Assembly (NCBI GenBank): GCA_002633005.1
Contig: NMRA01000640.1
Span: 87,277-151,276, forward strand
Source of the DNA: Phoronis australis
Lineage: Eukaryota; Animalia; Phoronida
Reading direction: 5' to 3'
Length of the DNA: 64,000 nt
Part shown: positions 15,301 through 30,300 of the stretch, one piece after another
How positions within the stretch are numbered: the first letter of the stretch is position 1
Layout: every line of letters begins with the position of its first letter
Notes under the pieces: model-generated
Seen by the model: only the letters and a program-made list of their open reading frames with translations
What the model was told of the DNA's origin: nothing
Databases searched by the model: none
Position numbers and translations under genes: made by a program

Positions 15301-18300
15301 TCATTAAAGGTCGGAAGTCTAGTCAGAGGTAAGATGGTGACATGCAAGTTATTTCTAAAGCAACACACTTCAAGCCTTGAACCATTGCTTTTGACATAAC
15401 AAAGATGATCGGTGTTCACATTCAAGTTGTTAATGAACTGTTTGTCTATAAAAGTGTAATAAAGTCTGTATAAGGTGCCCCTGGACCCAGTTCTACCAAT
15501 GTGTAGAACAATTTCTAATTCATAATGACAACACAGTTTGCCGACTAACCCTTCAATATTGCCCCCCCCCCNCCCCATCCGCCTATTTAGCATACCAATC
15601 GGACTGGCTTATACAATAGCCAGAGGGTTAGAAAACTGTACACAAAACCCCAACAATTAGGACAGTGCTATGTCACGCACAAGCACCACCTTGTGTTAAA
15701 CTATTAAACAAACACGACAAATAAACAAAGTGAACTCTTAGAAGATAAAAGTAGTGAACATAACAGTCCTAAAATCGAATTCAGATGTGTATCTCTGTGC
15801 TTACTTAAAGAGAGCATCCTGCCCGCCAGACGAGACAAACTTTTGCAGCATCAGGTGATAAGGGCATTTCTTTTCATCGAACAGCATGGGTGACGTGAAA
15901 CCAACAGAGCAGATGAAAAATGTCAACCTGAGTGGAGAAAACGGCAGTATTAAAACTAGCAAGGACCAGTAACTGGGTGTTCGAATGAATTAATACTGAA
16001 CTCGAGATGACAGAAAAAAAAACGAAACAAGCTTTCACGGAGGAGTGAAACAGTAATTCATCACACCATTTATTAAACTCGAACAATTTAAAATAAAATG
16101 TGTTGCAAATAAGAGGCAACTTTCAACCTTCCAGGTGACAGGTCCACTTTATGATACTTACCACTTCACTATCGTCACAATTAAGGCAAAACAAGTCACT
16201 TCTGATGAATAATATGTTGGAAATCTTAAGGTTACGCAGGACCCTAGACAAAATGTACAAATTCGGCTAATATTCGGAACACTATATCTCAGAAATGGAT
16301 GATTGAATTCATGTGAAAAAATTCACATACCATTCTTTAAGCACTATTCTCCATAATACTAATAGGAATTGTTTACAAAATGTTCCACCTTTGTACGAGG
16401 GGCTATCAAAGCATTGACTTTCGATGAAAAAAATTAAAAGTTACGTAAAACCATGTTTTTTATATATTTTGACTAGATACACAGACTTACATGCCATAAG
16501 TCATAGTTTGATGAAGACAAATGTGTCAGTCACACAAACAGACCCCATTACCCTGTAATGTATGTGATGGGGTGGCTGGTGACTGAATCAATGTTGCACT
16601 GACTTTATACCAAATCAACAACAGCAATGTTGACCGGAGATCAAATTCAATGCANNNNNNNNNNNNNNNNNNNNNNNNNNNNNNNNNNNNNNNNNNNNNN
16701 NNNNNNNNNNNNNNNNNNNNNNNNNNNNNNNNNNNNNNNNNNNNNNNNNNNNNNNNNNNNNNNNNNNNNNNNNNNNNNNNNNNNNNNNNNNNNNNNNNNN
16801 NNNNNNNNNNNNNNNNNNNNNNNNNNNNNNNNNNNNNNNNNNNNNNNNNNNNNNNNNNNNNNNNNNNNNNNNNNNNNNNNNNNNNNNNNNNNNNNNNNNN
16901 NNNNNNNNNNNNNNTGTTGTAAATTCTTTGCTGAAATAAAGGCTTACCTTCACGGAATTGTTCTGTTACTATATCTTGTCACTGAAAGCCACATTTATGT
17001 TTCGACTGATCTTTAAAAAACACAACTAGCAAACCTTCGAAGAACCTAAATATCGGACACCATGTTTCCCCATACGCCACACTGCGGAAAACTGACTAAC
17101 CAAGTAATGGCCGCGGGCACCTTGTAGCCAAATTTCAGCTCCAGTGTTTTGAAATATGCTGCTAAAACACAGCTCCATTCACAACAAAATTTATCCACAA
17201 CACGAAGTCTGATGACAGCACCAAGTCATTTCGATGAATCAGTGCAGACGACTAAAGCGCGTGCAAACTCATTCAAGCTTTAGTATCTCTATGCCTTCTT
17301 GATATGACACACGCACGTGCGCGGCCGGGGTTTGACTTGAGTTTAAAAACAAATGAAGAAATGGAACAGTGACATATTGTTAGTTCAATTAGATGATTTC
17401 ATTGTGGAAAAAGATTTTGTTTTCAACTTTTATAACCGATTTATGTGATTGTCCATTTTAGGCTGACTTGGGGGTCTAAATTGCACTCTCTCTCGGTAAA
17501 ATCAAAACGAGGCAACGCTAGAAAAAAAACGAGACAGTGCCGGTGACATTGAATGCATTACAGCGGATCAAAAATTTGTGTCATATATTTCTCAGATTAT
17601 GCTTCAAGTAAGATTTTATGTAATGTCCGATATTTAGGTTCCGTCCGATAATTAGGTACACTATGTGTAAGTCATAGTTTGATGAAGACAAATGTGTCAG
17701 TCACACAAACAGACCCCATTACCCTGTAATGTATGTGATGGGGTGGCTGGTGACTGAATCAATGTTGCACTGACTTTATACCAAATCAACCACAGCAATG
17801 TTGACCGGAGATCAAATTCAATGCATTGAGCGAAAACTGGCGACTTCATTTTTGAAGCATCGGATTACCTTAATTTTGGCACAGGAGAAGTTGCTGGTGG
17901 CTCCCAGAGCAGGCCATTGGCCAGGAGCTTGGTGAGTGCCGTGGCAACAGACCGGGCCGCTGGCGTCGGCGCAGTTGGTGCTGCAGGCACCTGCTGCGTG
18001 CGCCGTTGACGCACAGGGGAACCAACGCACAACTTCACTAGGAGTCCAAAAAGTTCAGCAAGCGCACGACCGAGTCGCGACGAAGCTGAGAGCAACGGCT
18101 TGATCTGTTTGATCTGTGCTTGTAAGGCCGGTGACATCTTTGTTTTCTTTGAAGCATCCGGGAGACCGAGTGCTGCCGATGGTGTCTCGCCATGAGTGGC
18201 ACCATCGTCGGTGACGACATCCATTGTAACCACATCTGGAGTGGTGAGGGATGAGCTTTGCACAGGTGTCAACCGGCCAGCTGACAGAGGTGAGCCAGCC

Positions 18301-21300
18301 TCGGTTGTCGACAACGACTCCATGGCGGCACTGACGCCATTGCTGCCTCGATCACTTCCACAAGCCGACAGAGAGTCTATGTTACCGGCACTGCCACCTC
18401 TGACCACCTCCCTGAATTCCTTGGGCAGGATGCGGTCCATGTCAGCGCGGCCAAACTCACTAGTGGCAGGCAGGATGTCGTCGCTGCACAGTGCCAACAA
18501 GACGGTACTCTCCCAGACAAGCGAGGTATACAACTGACTGAGGCCACGCAGCACTTCCAAGCCAAGTTCAGACCCCCAATGGCTGACCGATATAGTGCGG
18601 ATGTCACTCTGAAACAATGCCAATATATCGCATGAGGATTGGAACAGAGCCACAAACTACAAACTTAGGAATATCAAAGAAAGGATTTTGACAAGACACT
18701 CATTACTGAACAAGACTTTAAGAATAAGAATTTGTGAATAAACTAATTGCAAAACCTCCCCTAACCACCCGTCATCTAACCTACCTGTCCAACACGACAG
18801 ACGTGTACAAACATCATGATATAAGCGTGTGCCGAAGCGAGCGCATGCAGGAGGGGCGTGGCAAGAGGCGTCAGAGTGGGCTCAGCCACGCCCTGCGAGC
18901 TGGCCAGCTCCTTCAGGAGCACAGAGCCCCCAGGAGGAGGCAGGGGCCGGTGCAGGGGCTCCAGTGTTTGTAGCACCTCATTGAGATGAANGCACTGTCA
19001 CTTCTGACCACCTCCCTGAATTCCTTGGGCAGGATGCGGTCCATGTCAGCGCGGCCAAACTCACTAGTGGCAGGCANACTCTCCCAGACAAGCGAGGTGT
19101 ACAACTGACTGAGGCCACGCAGCACTTCCAAACCAAGCTCAGACCCCCAATGGCTGACCGATATAGTGCGGATGTCACTCTGAAACAATGTCAATATATC
19201 GCATGAGGATTGGAACAGAGCCACAAACTACAAACTTAGGAATGTCAAAGAAAGGATTTTGACAAGACACCCAGTACTGAACAAGACTTTAAGAATAAGA
19301 ATTTGTGAATAAACTAATTGCAAAACCTTCCCTACCCACCTGTCATCTAACCTACCTGTCCAACACGACAGACGTGTACAAACATCATGATATAAGCGTG
19401 TGCCGAAGCGAGCGCATGCAGGAGGGGCGTGGCATGAGGTGTCAGAGTGGGCTCAGCCACGCCCTGCGAGCTGGCCAGCTCCTTCAGGAGCACAGAGCCC
19501 CCAGGAGGAGGCAGGGGCCGGTGCAGGGGCTCCAGTGTCTGTAGCACCTCATTGAGATGAAGCAACCCCTGCTTCAGCACCTGGGGTTCATGAGACAGTG
19601 TCTGAAAGTAATATACCAACGATGAGTAGAAGGCAAATATCAATAAGAGCACTGTGAGCAGTTAAAAAACTTATGATGGTGGAATTTATTACTTTAACAC
19701 CTAGAGCAATCCATCTATAGGCTTGCTGTCATTTTTCAATGCCATTGTCAAAGGGTTGCCAGGTTGTAAACATCCAGACAACATAAACGCGACCCACGAA
19801 ACTAGCGGAAACAAGATATCAACAATATTATATATTCAATCAATTTCAGTACTTAGGCCTCCAGACCATATACAACTATGAAAGTAGCAAATACAAGCGC
19901 GCAATTATCAAAGTGGTTTACATAATACAGACTGTTAAATTAACTATGCACAAAAAACCTTAGTGAACGAAAAAAGCTAAGTTCAAAATGAGGCAAGACT
20001 TCATCAAATTATACAAGTCTTCGCAAGGTATCAACATGACACTAGCTGCACTCTGTAAATTCTAGCATCTACAGAGTGATGTCAGCAGATGTCCATGAGC
20101 TGACAAGCATCCCACAATGCATTTGAAAAATGACACCAGAGTTGTACAGGAAATCCCATAATTGCCAGGATACGTTAAGTTGAAACGACTCACCAGGATT
20201 GACTTGCATACACTGGCCACCGCCTGACAAGACTGCGACGCAGGGAAGTCAATGGGAAGGTTGGGTAAACCCAAGATACCCATCAATGGCAGCAGGCCTT
20301 TCTGATTGACGAACTCGCGACAGTGGTCGTCTGTTGTGTTATTGCTGAGGATGGCCTCCACGAACTTCATCTAAACAAAGAGCCAACAAAATGTTTTGAT
20401 AACGGTTACAAACTGATCTCTAACTGTTGTATGGAAAATAACGACAGAAACTGAATACAGTCTCTGTCTCAACACAGAGGTCATTATGTAGAAATAACGC
20501 CCTTTTAATGTCCTGTTCCCATGACAACAGCTCAGACAATGGGATTGCATTTTATTGACAAGGAGAGACCACGCAGCGAGTTGACCTGGGCCCCGGAGTC
20601 TAAACTTTTTCATCGAAATCGAAATCATTTGTGGTATTTTCAATTCTACTTTCAAGATAACTGTCCATGCTCGAGTGCATAATGGCTTGCGCGGATAACT
20701 TTTTAGTCGTAGTTTGCATTTGACGCCCGCAGCATTAAGATTACAAATTCGACTCTCACCTTGAAATTCTGAGTTTTTACTAGCTTGTAACATGCAACAA
20801 TTTTGGGGTCACCAAGTGCAAATCTAAACTACACTCACAAGCCTAATGTAATCGAGCACAGACTAATAGCCACTTATCTCGAGTTCGCACATGAGCAGAA
20901 CTACAAAAATTTCCAAAAAATAACTTTGAGCTCTATTTTGATTATAAGGTGTCAACAGTCTTCACTTCCCAATAATATCTTCAGTTTTTACCACATTTTG
21001 AGAACCAGATTGATGCCTGTCATTCAGTGCAGAAAACTGGTTCTCAAAATGTGGAACCCCTGTAAGTGCAGCTTTTGACAAGGCAGACAGTCGTGAGCAC
21101 TTCCCTAGGCCAACAAGTCGTGTCCTACATAACTGCTTTGCATTCAGAATCAGAAACATAGGAGTCAACACAGACATTCAGGAGAACGAAAGTCATGTTA
21201 GATGTTTCATCAAGTTCTGAAAAATATGCAGTCTAAACACTACTGTGTATTGTTTTGTTGCCCGTCCGCCAATAAAAGTAGATGTGATTTGCACTGATGA

Positions 21301-24300
21301 CTTGATCTGACTATATCTTTTAATATTCAGGTTCATGTTAAGTAAAACTGCTGATCCAATATTTCTACCAGAAATGAATACTCTGTGACAAAAATAATGA
21401 TTCCCGTGATTTTTCCATGATAAAACTTCATTGAACAGAATTGACAAATTTCAGGATTTTTCTAAAGTAGCTTCAAAATTCCAAACTTCTACGTCAAAAT
21501 TATCAGTAATATGTAATTGTATTGGAAGAAAATCTGGTTACGATTGAGAGAGATACTGCGCACAGTTGGTGCCAAAACATATGAAGTGTTTGTTAAGTAA
21601 TACATTACAAGAAAAAAGTTGAAATGCATTTCCTCCTCTAATTTTGTTACCAGCAAACATGACATCAAAATTACAGTGTCAGAACATTAAATACAAAATG
21701 GCGTCAAAATTCTAACAACATAATCGCTAAGCAACCTATATTGACTCTGCCCTTAATTTTACTTCATTCCTAGTCATGAGGAAAAGCCATTCTGATGATG
21801 AATTTGGGCTGTAAGTTTGAAATTTTTGACTTGTACTGTAACTGCATCATCAGTGAATACTTACCACATTTAAAACATAGTCCATCAGAGGTATAGGCTT
21901 TCGCTCTTGACTACTGCTGGCAAGAGAAGTCGATCTGAAAACAATAACAGCAGGACGCATAACGGATGTGAATTTAACAACAGGTAAATATATAGGATAA
22001 GGACCTGTTTTCAGCAACACCTAAACAAAGACTGAAATGTTTGGTCACGATCAAAACTACTTTACAGGTAGTTCACAAAAAGAAGTTAACAGAATATTCC
22101 TTGATCAAAGTCACTAACTTGGGAACAACATTTTTAACCTATTTTGAACGCCTGTGTATTAGATTTTTATCTTGTTCTCTGTGCTAAAACTTCGGTGAAG
22201 TAAGATGAACTTCAGTCAACTCCTGACTATCAAAAGCTGAAAACACCTGAAGAGAGAGATTCTTCTTAGGGCTGTTCCAGCAAAATCTGTATGGGAGGGG
22301 GGGAAGGCACTTTTATTTCGTACCCACCACCCATGTTTTTCATTTATTTCTCAAACCCATGACCCATAATTTTTTAATTATTTTTAATAGGTTAAAATAT
22401 AAAATCCAACACTTGCCTCCAGGAGGACCTGTAAAGAACTTAGATGATTGACAGACAAGAACTAGTCGTCTTGTCCAATATTGTCAAAAACTAAAGTAGC
22501 CTGTGAGCAATACTTTTGGAAGCCACCAGGTGTCTCTGTTCACCATGTGTCTATAATTTCAATAAACATTTTTTCAATTATAAGGATATATGAATCTCAA
22601 ACTGTCTTCACGAACTCTTTATACTTCTATGCCAAGAGAATATTGGAACTTGTTTATCTTACTCCTCATACTTTTTATTTAAAAATCATCAATTTTCTTA
22701 TATGTGTTAACACCAGTTTAGTGTTGCATAACTTTTCAATTCAATAGGACTGCAGACAAACAGTTGGCTCAAATCAAGTTGCCCATGACTTGATTAATGG
22801 CTTAGTGAACATATTGCACTCNCTTCAAAATTCCAAACTTCTACGTCAAAATTATCAGTAATATGTAATTGTATTGGAAGAAAATCTGGTTACGATTGAG
22901 AGAGATACTGCGCACAGTTGGTGCCAAAACATATGAAGTGTCTGTCAAGTAATACAGTACAAGAAAAAAGTTGAAATGCATTTCCTCCTCTAATTTTGTT
23001 ACCAGCAAACATGACATTAAAATTACAGTGTCAGAACATTAAATACAAAATGGCGTCAAAATTCTAACAACATAATCGCTAAGCAACCTATATTGACTCT
23101 GCCCTTAATTTTACTTCATTCCTAGTCATGAGGAAAAGCCATTCTGATGATGAATTTGGGCTGTGAGTTTGAAATTTTTGACTTGTACTGTAACTGCATC
23201 ACCAGTGAATACTTACCACATTTAAAACATAGTCCATCAGAGGTATAGGCTTTCGCTCTTGACTACTGCTGGCAAGAGAAGTCGATCTGAAAACAGTAAC
23301 AGCAGGACGCATAACGGATGTGAATTTAACAACAGGTAAATATATAGGATAAGGACCTGTTTTCAGCAACACCTAAACAAAGACTGAAATGTTTGGTCAC
23401 GATCAAAACTACTTTACAGGTAGTTCACAAAAAGAAGTTTACAGAATATTCCTTGATCAAAGTCACTAACTTGGGAACAACATTCTTAACAAATTTTGAA
23501 CGCCTGTGTATTAGATTTTTATCTCGTTCTCTGTGCTAAAACTTCGGTGAAGTAAGATGAACTTCAGTCAACTCTATCAAAAGCTGAAAACACCTGAAGA
23601 GAGATTCTTCTTTATACAATAAACAGATGAGCACTTGTAGTGAAGTAAATGTTGGGAGCTGATAGCATGTTTGGCTACAGTGTCACTTTCAAGTAAAGAC
23701 ATCAACATAAACAATGTAGTAGATCAAGAGAAATTTGGTTATACTAAATATCTTACTTTGGTTGGATGAGTTTCTAGACATGAAATGAATTAACAAAAAA
23801 GAAATCAATATTTTGTAAAAGACTACGGTACTCTCTACAGGTCACGATTTTATGATGCGAAAGCATTTCAGCCCTCAGACAATTGGGAACAGGATATTTT
23901 CGATGCCAACAGGTTAATTTCTATGGCAACAGGCTGATTTCCACAGCAACAAACTGTTTCAGTCAACTCACTTGTCCTCACTAGGTGGCATCGGCGCGGG
24001 GGTCGGGCGCTTTGACCCTAGCGTGCCCATCTCCTCATCCTCATCGTCTTCCGACGACGCCGTGTCAGTGGTGCCTGGCGACCGTAGACTAATACTGGGC
24101 AGTACCTCTGCCTTGGCCGTTGGCTTGAGGCAGATGTAGGTCGAGTCACGACCCATGACCCCGACCTCTTCCAACAACTTGATGATGGCCCGCGTGGCAT
24201 CGACACGTAGTGACGGCTGGTGTCGCATCAGCTCGTCCATGGCGTTGCCTAGGTTACTAGCTGTATCGCCTGTAAGAGAAGTAATAATTAATTAATTCAT

Positions 24301-27300
24301 GACATAAAGACAGAATTGGCATGGAAGTCAAAACTGCAACAAAGTCTCACCACGTGAGAAAGGTCTGAAGTAGATACAAGCAGCTAAAAACAGGCAAAAA
24401 CAATCTATTCAGAATCAGAAACACTAAGTTCAACACAGACATTCAGGAGAACGAAAGTCATGTTAAATGTTTCATCACATTCTGCCAATGACACACAGAA
24501 ACAATGACCAACAGGTCAATAAAACAACAAAACTGATTAATTCATCGGACAACTGAAACTTACCTAACGGGTCAGAGCTGCGCCGTCGCCTCATAGCGGG
24601 CAGGTAGTCCTCAGACAACAGTACCTTGAAGAGGCGCTCAAATGGCTTGCATTGGACAAACGACTCCAGTCCCCGAGCGTTCAGGCAAAGGGCACTGAAC
24701 ACATTGGGTAGCGAGGCAAGGACTTCGCGCGTGGCTGGAACCTGGAAATCATAACCATGCACCCATGACTGCACAAATTGGATACAAATTAAAACTTTCA
24801 TTTATGCAGTGCAATGGGATCAAGCGCCAATATTCGAAGTGATGTCTTTTGATCCTCAAAAGTTCAAATAAAGGTAGGCGGAACTTACCGAACAGGTGAG
24901 AAAAGAAATTCTCTCGGGAATAACAGAGCTTACTCCGCGTTCAGATATGTCATGTAACATTGCATAAGCTAAAATATTTGAAAGACCTCCACGCTTCCCA
25001 TAACCTGATACGGGAAAAAAAAATCTCCATTACCATATGCCACTACACCGTAAATAATGGATTCTTACGTCTTTTACTAGTAGAGCGTGCAGTACCACAT
25101 CGGTGAGTCCTTTGTCTTGTAGGGAGGACAGGAGGGATGGCTCTTGAAACACGTACACTGTTACTACATCTGTGGCTGAAAAAATTCATTTATACTCAAT
25201 TTCAAAAGACTCCCACACTTGGTTCATTATAGCAACTTTCAAAATGAACTGGACATCGTTGAAATTCAACATACTTTTGACGTGAAAAACCACAGCTAAA
25301 CCTCCACTCCTTTTTGACCAAAACGAAATTTCACCTCCTGATCACCATCAACAGCACCCCCCACACCGTTGCCAAGCCCTCATACGCTCTGCCTTCAGTA
25401 GCCAAAACTAAAACTTTGCACTCTGATGTCACCTGCGCAAGTTACAAGTGATTTGAATACAAGTGATTTGAACCTCGACATATTTCAATCACCTGATTGG
25501 AATTTTTGGGCCTTGTGAGGGAAACTTCGAGCGATTTTTCAACTTTTCAGAGGGCAATGGGGCAGATATTCCGCCCCAAAATCAAGGGATCGAGGGACCT
25601 GCAGCATGATTTGTAGTGCATATGTGTTTAGAACAATATTTGGCAAATGCTTCCACTATTTGCAGCAAACTAGTTGTCCTTTACAAATGGAAAAATACTT
25701 TTTGGCGATTATTTAAGTACAAAATAAGATAATTCCATCAGTTTCTAGAAAACGAAAGACAATATTTTGAAATACTATACCAAGCAGAAACAGAGATGGA
25801 CCGTAGTACTCGGCGTTACTAATAATATGCTTCAGAGACCTCGGCAGCGACCCGTCCATTACTGCAAGGAAAAACAACAGACTGTATGGTAAATCGTGTA
25901 GGCCCATATTAACGCATTTCATTTGGCAATCCTATGCAAAATAGCCACCAACGTGCAGACCTCAGGAACATGAGGTGCTGCGTGACATGCCTCGACGTTG
26001 CTCACAAGCTGATTTAAACTAACTAGTAAAATATTGCAATTTTTCCCGTTCAAGTCATACATTAAGCAAATCCTTGCATGACATAACCTGTGAGTTTCAA
26101 CCCAAAGGTTTCTAATAATACAAGACAAAAGTACGTAATCAAACAAAATACAGCTTCTACGTCATGGCCGTTAATTTTGTAAACATCAAGAATGCCTGGA
26201 TATAATTATTGAGGAGAATATTCTAATTGCAGGATGACTACGCCAGTTTACTAACTTTTCAGCTAATTGTGCTTCTATCTCAGTCACTAGGAAAAACTAC
26301 TCTGACAACAAATACCACATCCCCCAGTCGTCATGATGAGGAAGTCAGGGTCATTCTAACTTAAAATATTTTTGGCTTAGTATAAACGAATGTCATAACA
26401 TTATACACCAAATAAGCGACCCTTGAGTTTTTACAAACGAATTTGTAGCAGCAGTTTTCCAGGAGACTCTCGACAGTCGAGAGACACTAACGATGCATTT
26501 AGCTGCGAGTCAGTCTTGCATTTCTTCGGCCAGACAGCAGTATTTGACTTCGATGTCTGGAGATACGAAATGCGTAATGACAAGAAAATCTCCAACTTTC
26601 ACCAGAGGTCACGGTTACAACAGGACAGAGGTCACGGTTACAACAGGACAGAGGTCACGGTTACAACAGGACAGAGGTCACGGTTACAACAGGACAGAGG
26701 TCACGGTTACAACAAGACAGTGTGGAAGCAAGACTAGACCAGTTCAAAACACTTTCATTTTTGTCAAGTAGAGTTGGGTCTGAACAAATTGTAGCAATGA
26801 AAAATTATGTCAGTTTGTTCTTCAAAGGTCTGCACAAAGTGTCCCAATTTGAGGATCGGGGTGATAATTTGTGGTTCAACATGGCTGTCATTATGTTGTG
26901 CGCTACACAACTATTACTAGGCAAGTGGACAATTGTTCATAACCATACAACTAGAGGCAAAGAGATTGATATCTTAATTTTTCATTGTCTGGAACAGAAA
27001 AGATCTCGTTTCCATTGTTCAGAACAAGAGGGATCTTAATAAGACAAGAAGGCCAGAATCAAGACCTAGACAAACACAGAGGTGATGGGCCAGGTAACAG
27101 CGCCTCGACATGGACAAAGACACAATCGACTTGTGTAAACATCATGCCTTTTCTGCACATATGCCGAGCATACTCACAGTGTCGGATGTTGTCCGAGAAG
27201 GCGGGGTCAGGCGTGGCCTTCTTGAGGAAGTTCAGCATGGACTTCAGCAGTGCTGCCCTCTGGGGGAAACACTGAACACCTGCAGTCAACAGAAGAACAA

Positions 27301-30300
27301 TTTGAGAACAAATTGGCAGAGATTGTGAAAAAGTACAAATTTCTTACCCAAAATTTTAAAGTTAGAAGTTCTCAACCATTAATGTTTTTAACTTTAAAAG
27401 TTCTTACTCAAGAGTTCAGCGTGTCAAGTTGGGTCCTACCCATCTTTGAAAACTATTTAGAGAAAGAGAAATTCTCTTACAATTTACATATGCCCAGCAT
27501 ATCAAACCTTTTTACAGCAAAAGGTTGAAAATGAGGAAGTTCTAATAATTATGAAAGAAATTCACCACTAAATGTTTGAATGCATGCAGGATGAACAGTG
27601 CCTAGATTGACGGTATACGTTGTCCTTAATGTGGAGACAGTGCACTGAGAGACTGGTGATAAGCAGAAGACAAAAATACAAATGAAAAGCTCAACTAACA
27701 GTCAAATTTTAGCTAACTTGCTTAAGCAAAAGATCAGGCCATCAAAGGCCGACTGCACGAATCTACCTAATGATCTCAAAATAACAATGCTTGGCAGCAG
27801 CGTAATTGCTGAAATGAAACTTTGAGAAATTATATGCTGATGAAGCATTACATTAGCAGAGCTACGGAAACAATTGGTGGGTATGAATTCACATATTTTA
27901 CCTGGTATTGGGGCATCTAGGAGTGGCACTGATGTCGACGGACCAGCATTGCTAGTCGTCGGGGCTGTTGCCGTTGCCGTCACATCCGTTTCCATGGCGT
28001 GACTCTCGGGCGAGAGCGGCGACCCGTGCATGGCGTCCATGCTAGAGACAGATTCACTACGACGGGGTCGAAGCACAAACGGCTGCTCCCTCCGACAGAT
28101 CTCGACTTCGTGCTGCGGAAAAATCAAGTCAAATATATTCAATTGAAATTTCGAAAACAATAGCCAAGTTTATTCTAACTGTATGAGGACGGAAAAACCT
28201 GTATGTTTACACAATACATTGTAGCAGCATTTTTCCAGGAGCAATCTTTAAATACAAAGATACACCAACGATGCATACAGCTGCATGATGATTTAGCATT
28301 TCTTCGACCAGACAACAGAATGGCAGTCTGCGGTCTAGAGATACGAAATGCCGCAAATCTTCCCCTGGATAACTACCAAACATTGCTTAGAGGAAAGCAG
28401 GGGAAGCCACCTTTGAACTCCCCATTTACTGGTAACTCATCCAAATGCTTTGAAAAATAAGCAAGAATATGAACACAAACTGCTAACTCGACAGTTTAAA
28501 AACGGGGGGAATGAAGTAGTCAAATTTGTCTAAAATCCGGGTGTGCGTTCCAACACAGAAATCGAGTTGGAAATACATTAGGCAGGCACAAAATTGCACC
28601 TGGGCGTGTGTAAGCCAGCTGTAGTTCGATCAGTTTCATGTCACTTGTTCTTGCCTTGACAGAAGTAATATGTCAGGAGATCAGATAATCCTCCAAGTAA
28701 CAAAGCACAACAGCAACTCAAACGCACACATGTATACATGTATACATGTCTATGCGTGACATTCATAAAATCACTTACATGGAACCCTCTCACAGTCACA
28801 ACCTACCTCCAGTCTGTTGATGAACGCGTTCAGCCCCGACTGTGCTTGGAACGCAGTCATGTCTAGGTTGGTGATGAGGTCGACGACGCGCACAGCACGC
28901 GTCACAAACGTGATGTGCTCCGACCCGTCACCATACCAGTTGATGACCTTGAGCAAAGACTCCATCATGCCGCATGAGACCAGCGCCTCACCACCTACAA
29001 GATGGAGCAACAAATTGGTTAGCCAACAGGGTGCGTTAAACGCTGGTAGGAACCAAATCATATCAAGCTACAGAGCTCAACTTCCACATTTTTCAGATTC
29101 CAAACAGTGCTTTTAAAAGTAATTCCTCCCGAACAAGCCTGGCAGTTTTGAGCACAGGTCTAGACCTGCAATCTAGCATATCAATAAAAAATAAAAAAAA
29201 TATTCCAAGAACTCTATAACCGCCTACGTAGAAACAAAGGAAAAAGTGGGACATTTCTCAAGTTAGAACTCCTCGGTAAAAGTACGAGGGGGGGCTAAAC
29301 CTTACGGTGTTCAATTGTAAGACACAAAAACCAGTCTGACTTCCTAAGCTGAGGCAGTCAGGGGTGACAGTGCCTAGATGATGTAGCACTGTTTGTTCGA
29401 CCAGCTGTTTGATATACGGAAACAACTGGAGATCGTCAGTGCTTTTAAAGTAAGAATACGCGGACTAAGCCCATAACTAGAGCAACAACACAAAGATGTA
29501 TGAATGACAGTTCTGTATAATCGTTTTGGCTTTCTGTCACCTAGAAAACAACATTCAAATTCTGAAATACTACTTTTAGATTTCACCAATTATTCTGTCA
29601 TCTTTGTCTCTTGTGAATCTCATAGACAGAAAGCTTAATGTGCTAATTTGTTTTATCTTAATTGGAAGTCACAACGAGCAGAATTTACAATGACCACTTC
29701 AAATGAAATGTTAGCAGGTAAGACCTCATGCTACAGATGAGATTACAAGTAATTTCAGGTAATCACAGTGCAAACTGAATTTGGAATATTCCACTTAACA
29801 ATGCGAGTCAGTAACCAATCACTGACACATGATTTCATTAACACTGTGCATGGGAATATACAGTACACACAACATGACCAGGGATTCCTCCTCATGATGG
29901 CTGGGTAGAAGCTGAATTCATCGTCGGAGTGGTTTTCCTTCGTGACCCAGAATGAAGGGGAAATAACAGGAAAACAAGGTGGCCAAGCCATTCAGTAATT
30001 GACCTATCGCCAGGATTTTGAGTGACGGCTGAACTGACCAATCAGAACGCAGCATTCTTGATACACCTTCGTTTCCAAGCTGCCACTTTACCCGACAAAC
30101 AACACGTTGCTGGGTAAAACTTATAACTGGTTTGTTGACATTTCGCAAGGGGGCGGAGCTTGCGACAGGTCAGTTAGAATCTTGCCNATTCACCACTAAA
30201 TGTTTGAATGCATGCAGGATGAACAGTGCCTAGATTGACGGTATACGTTATCCCTAATGTGGAGACAGTGCACTGAGACTGGTGAGAAGCAGAAGACAAA

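Larger units (their letters stand above)
21471..23610. repeat. Duplicated block (21471-22268 vs 22823-23610), probable uncollapsed haplotypes
   Basis: Joined at single n 22822. Confidence 0.85.

Noticed and set aside
13139-17016. Long ORFs full of X
   Set aside because: Artefacts of N gaps; HUWE1 exons 24-27 join in phase, so no coding exon appears to be missing
18196-18537. Plus-strand ORFs overlapping HUWE1 exons (also 28817, 32188, 19305)
   Set aside because: Antisense shadows of GC-rich coding exons
21865-23286. Mutually exclusive tandem exons
   Set aside because: Exon copies are identical, flanking introns are duplicated too, and the junction is a contig join
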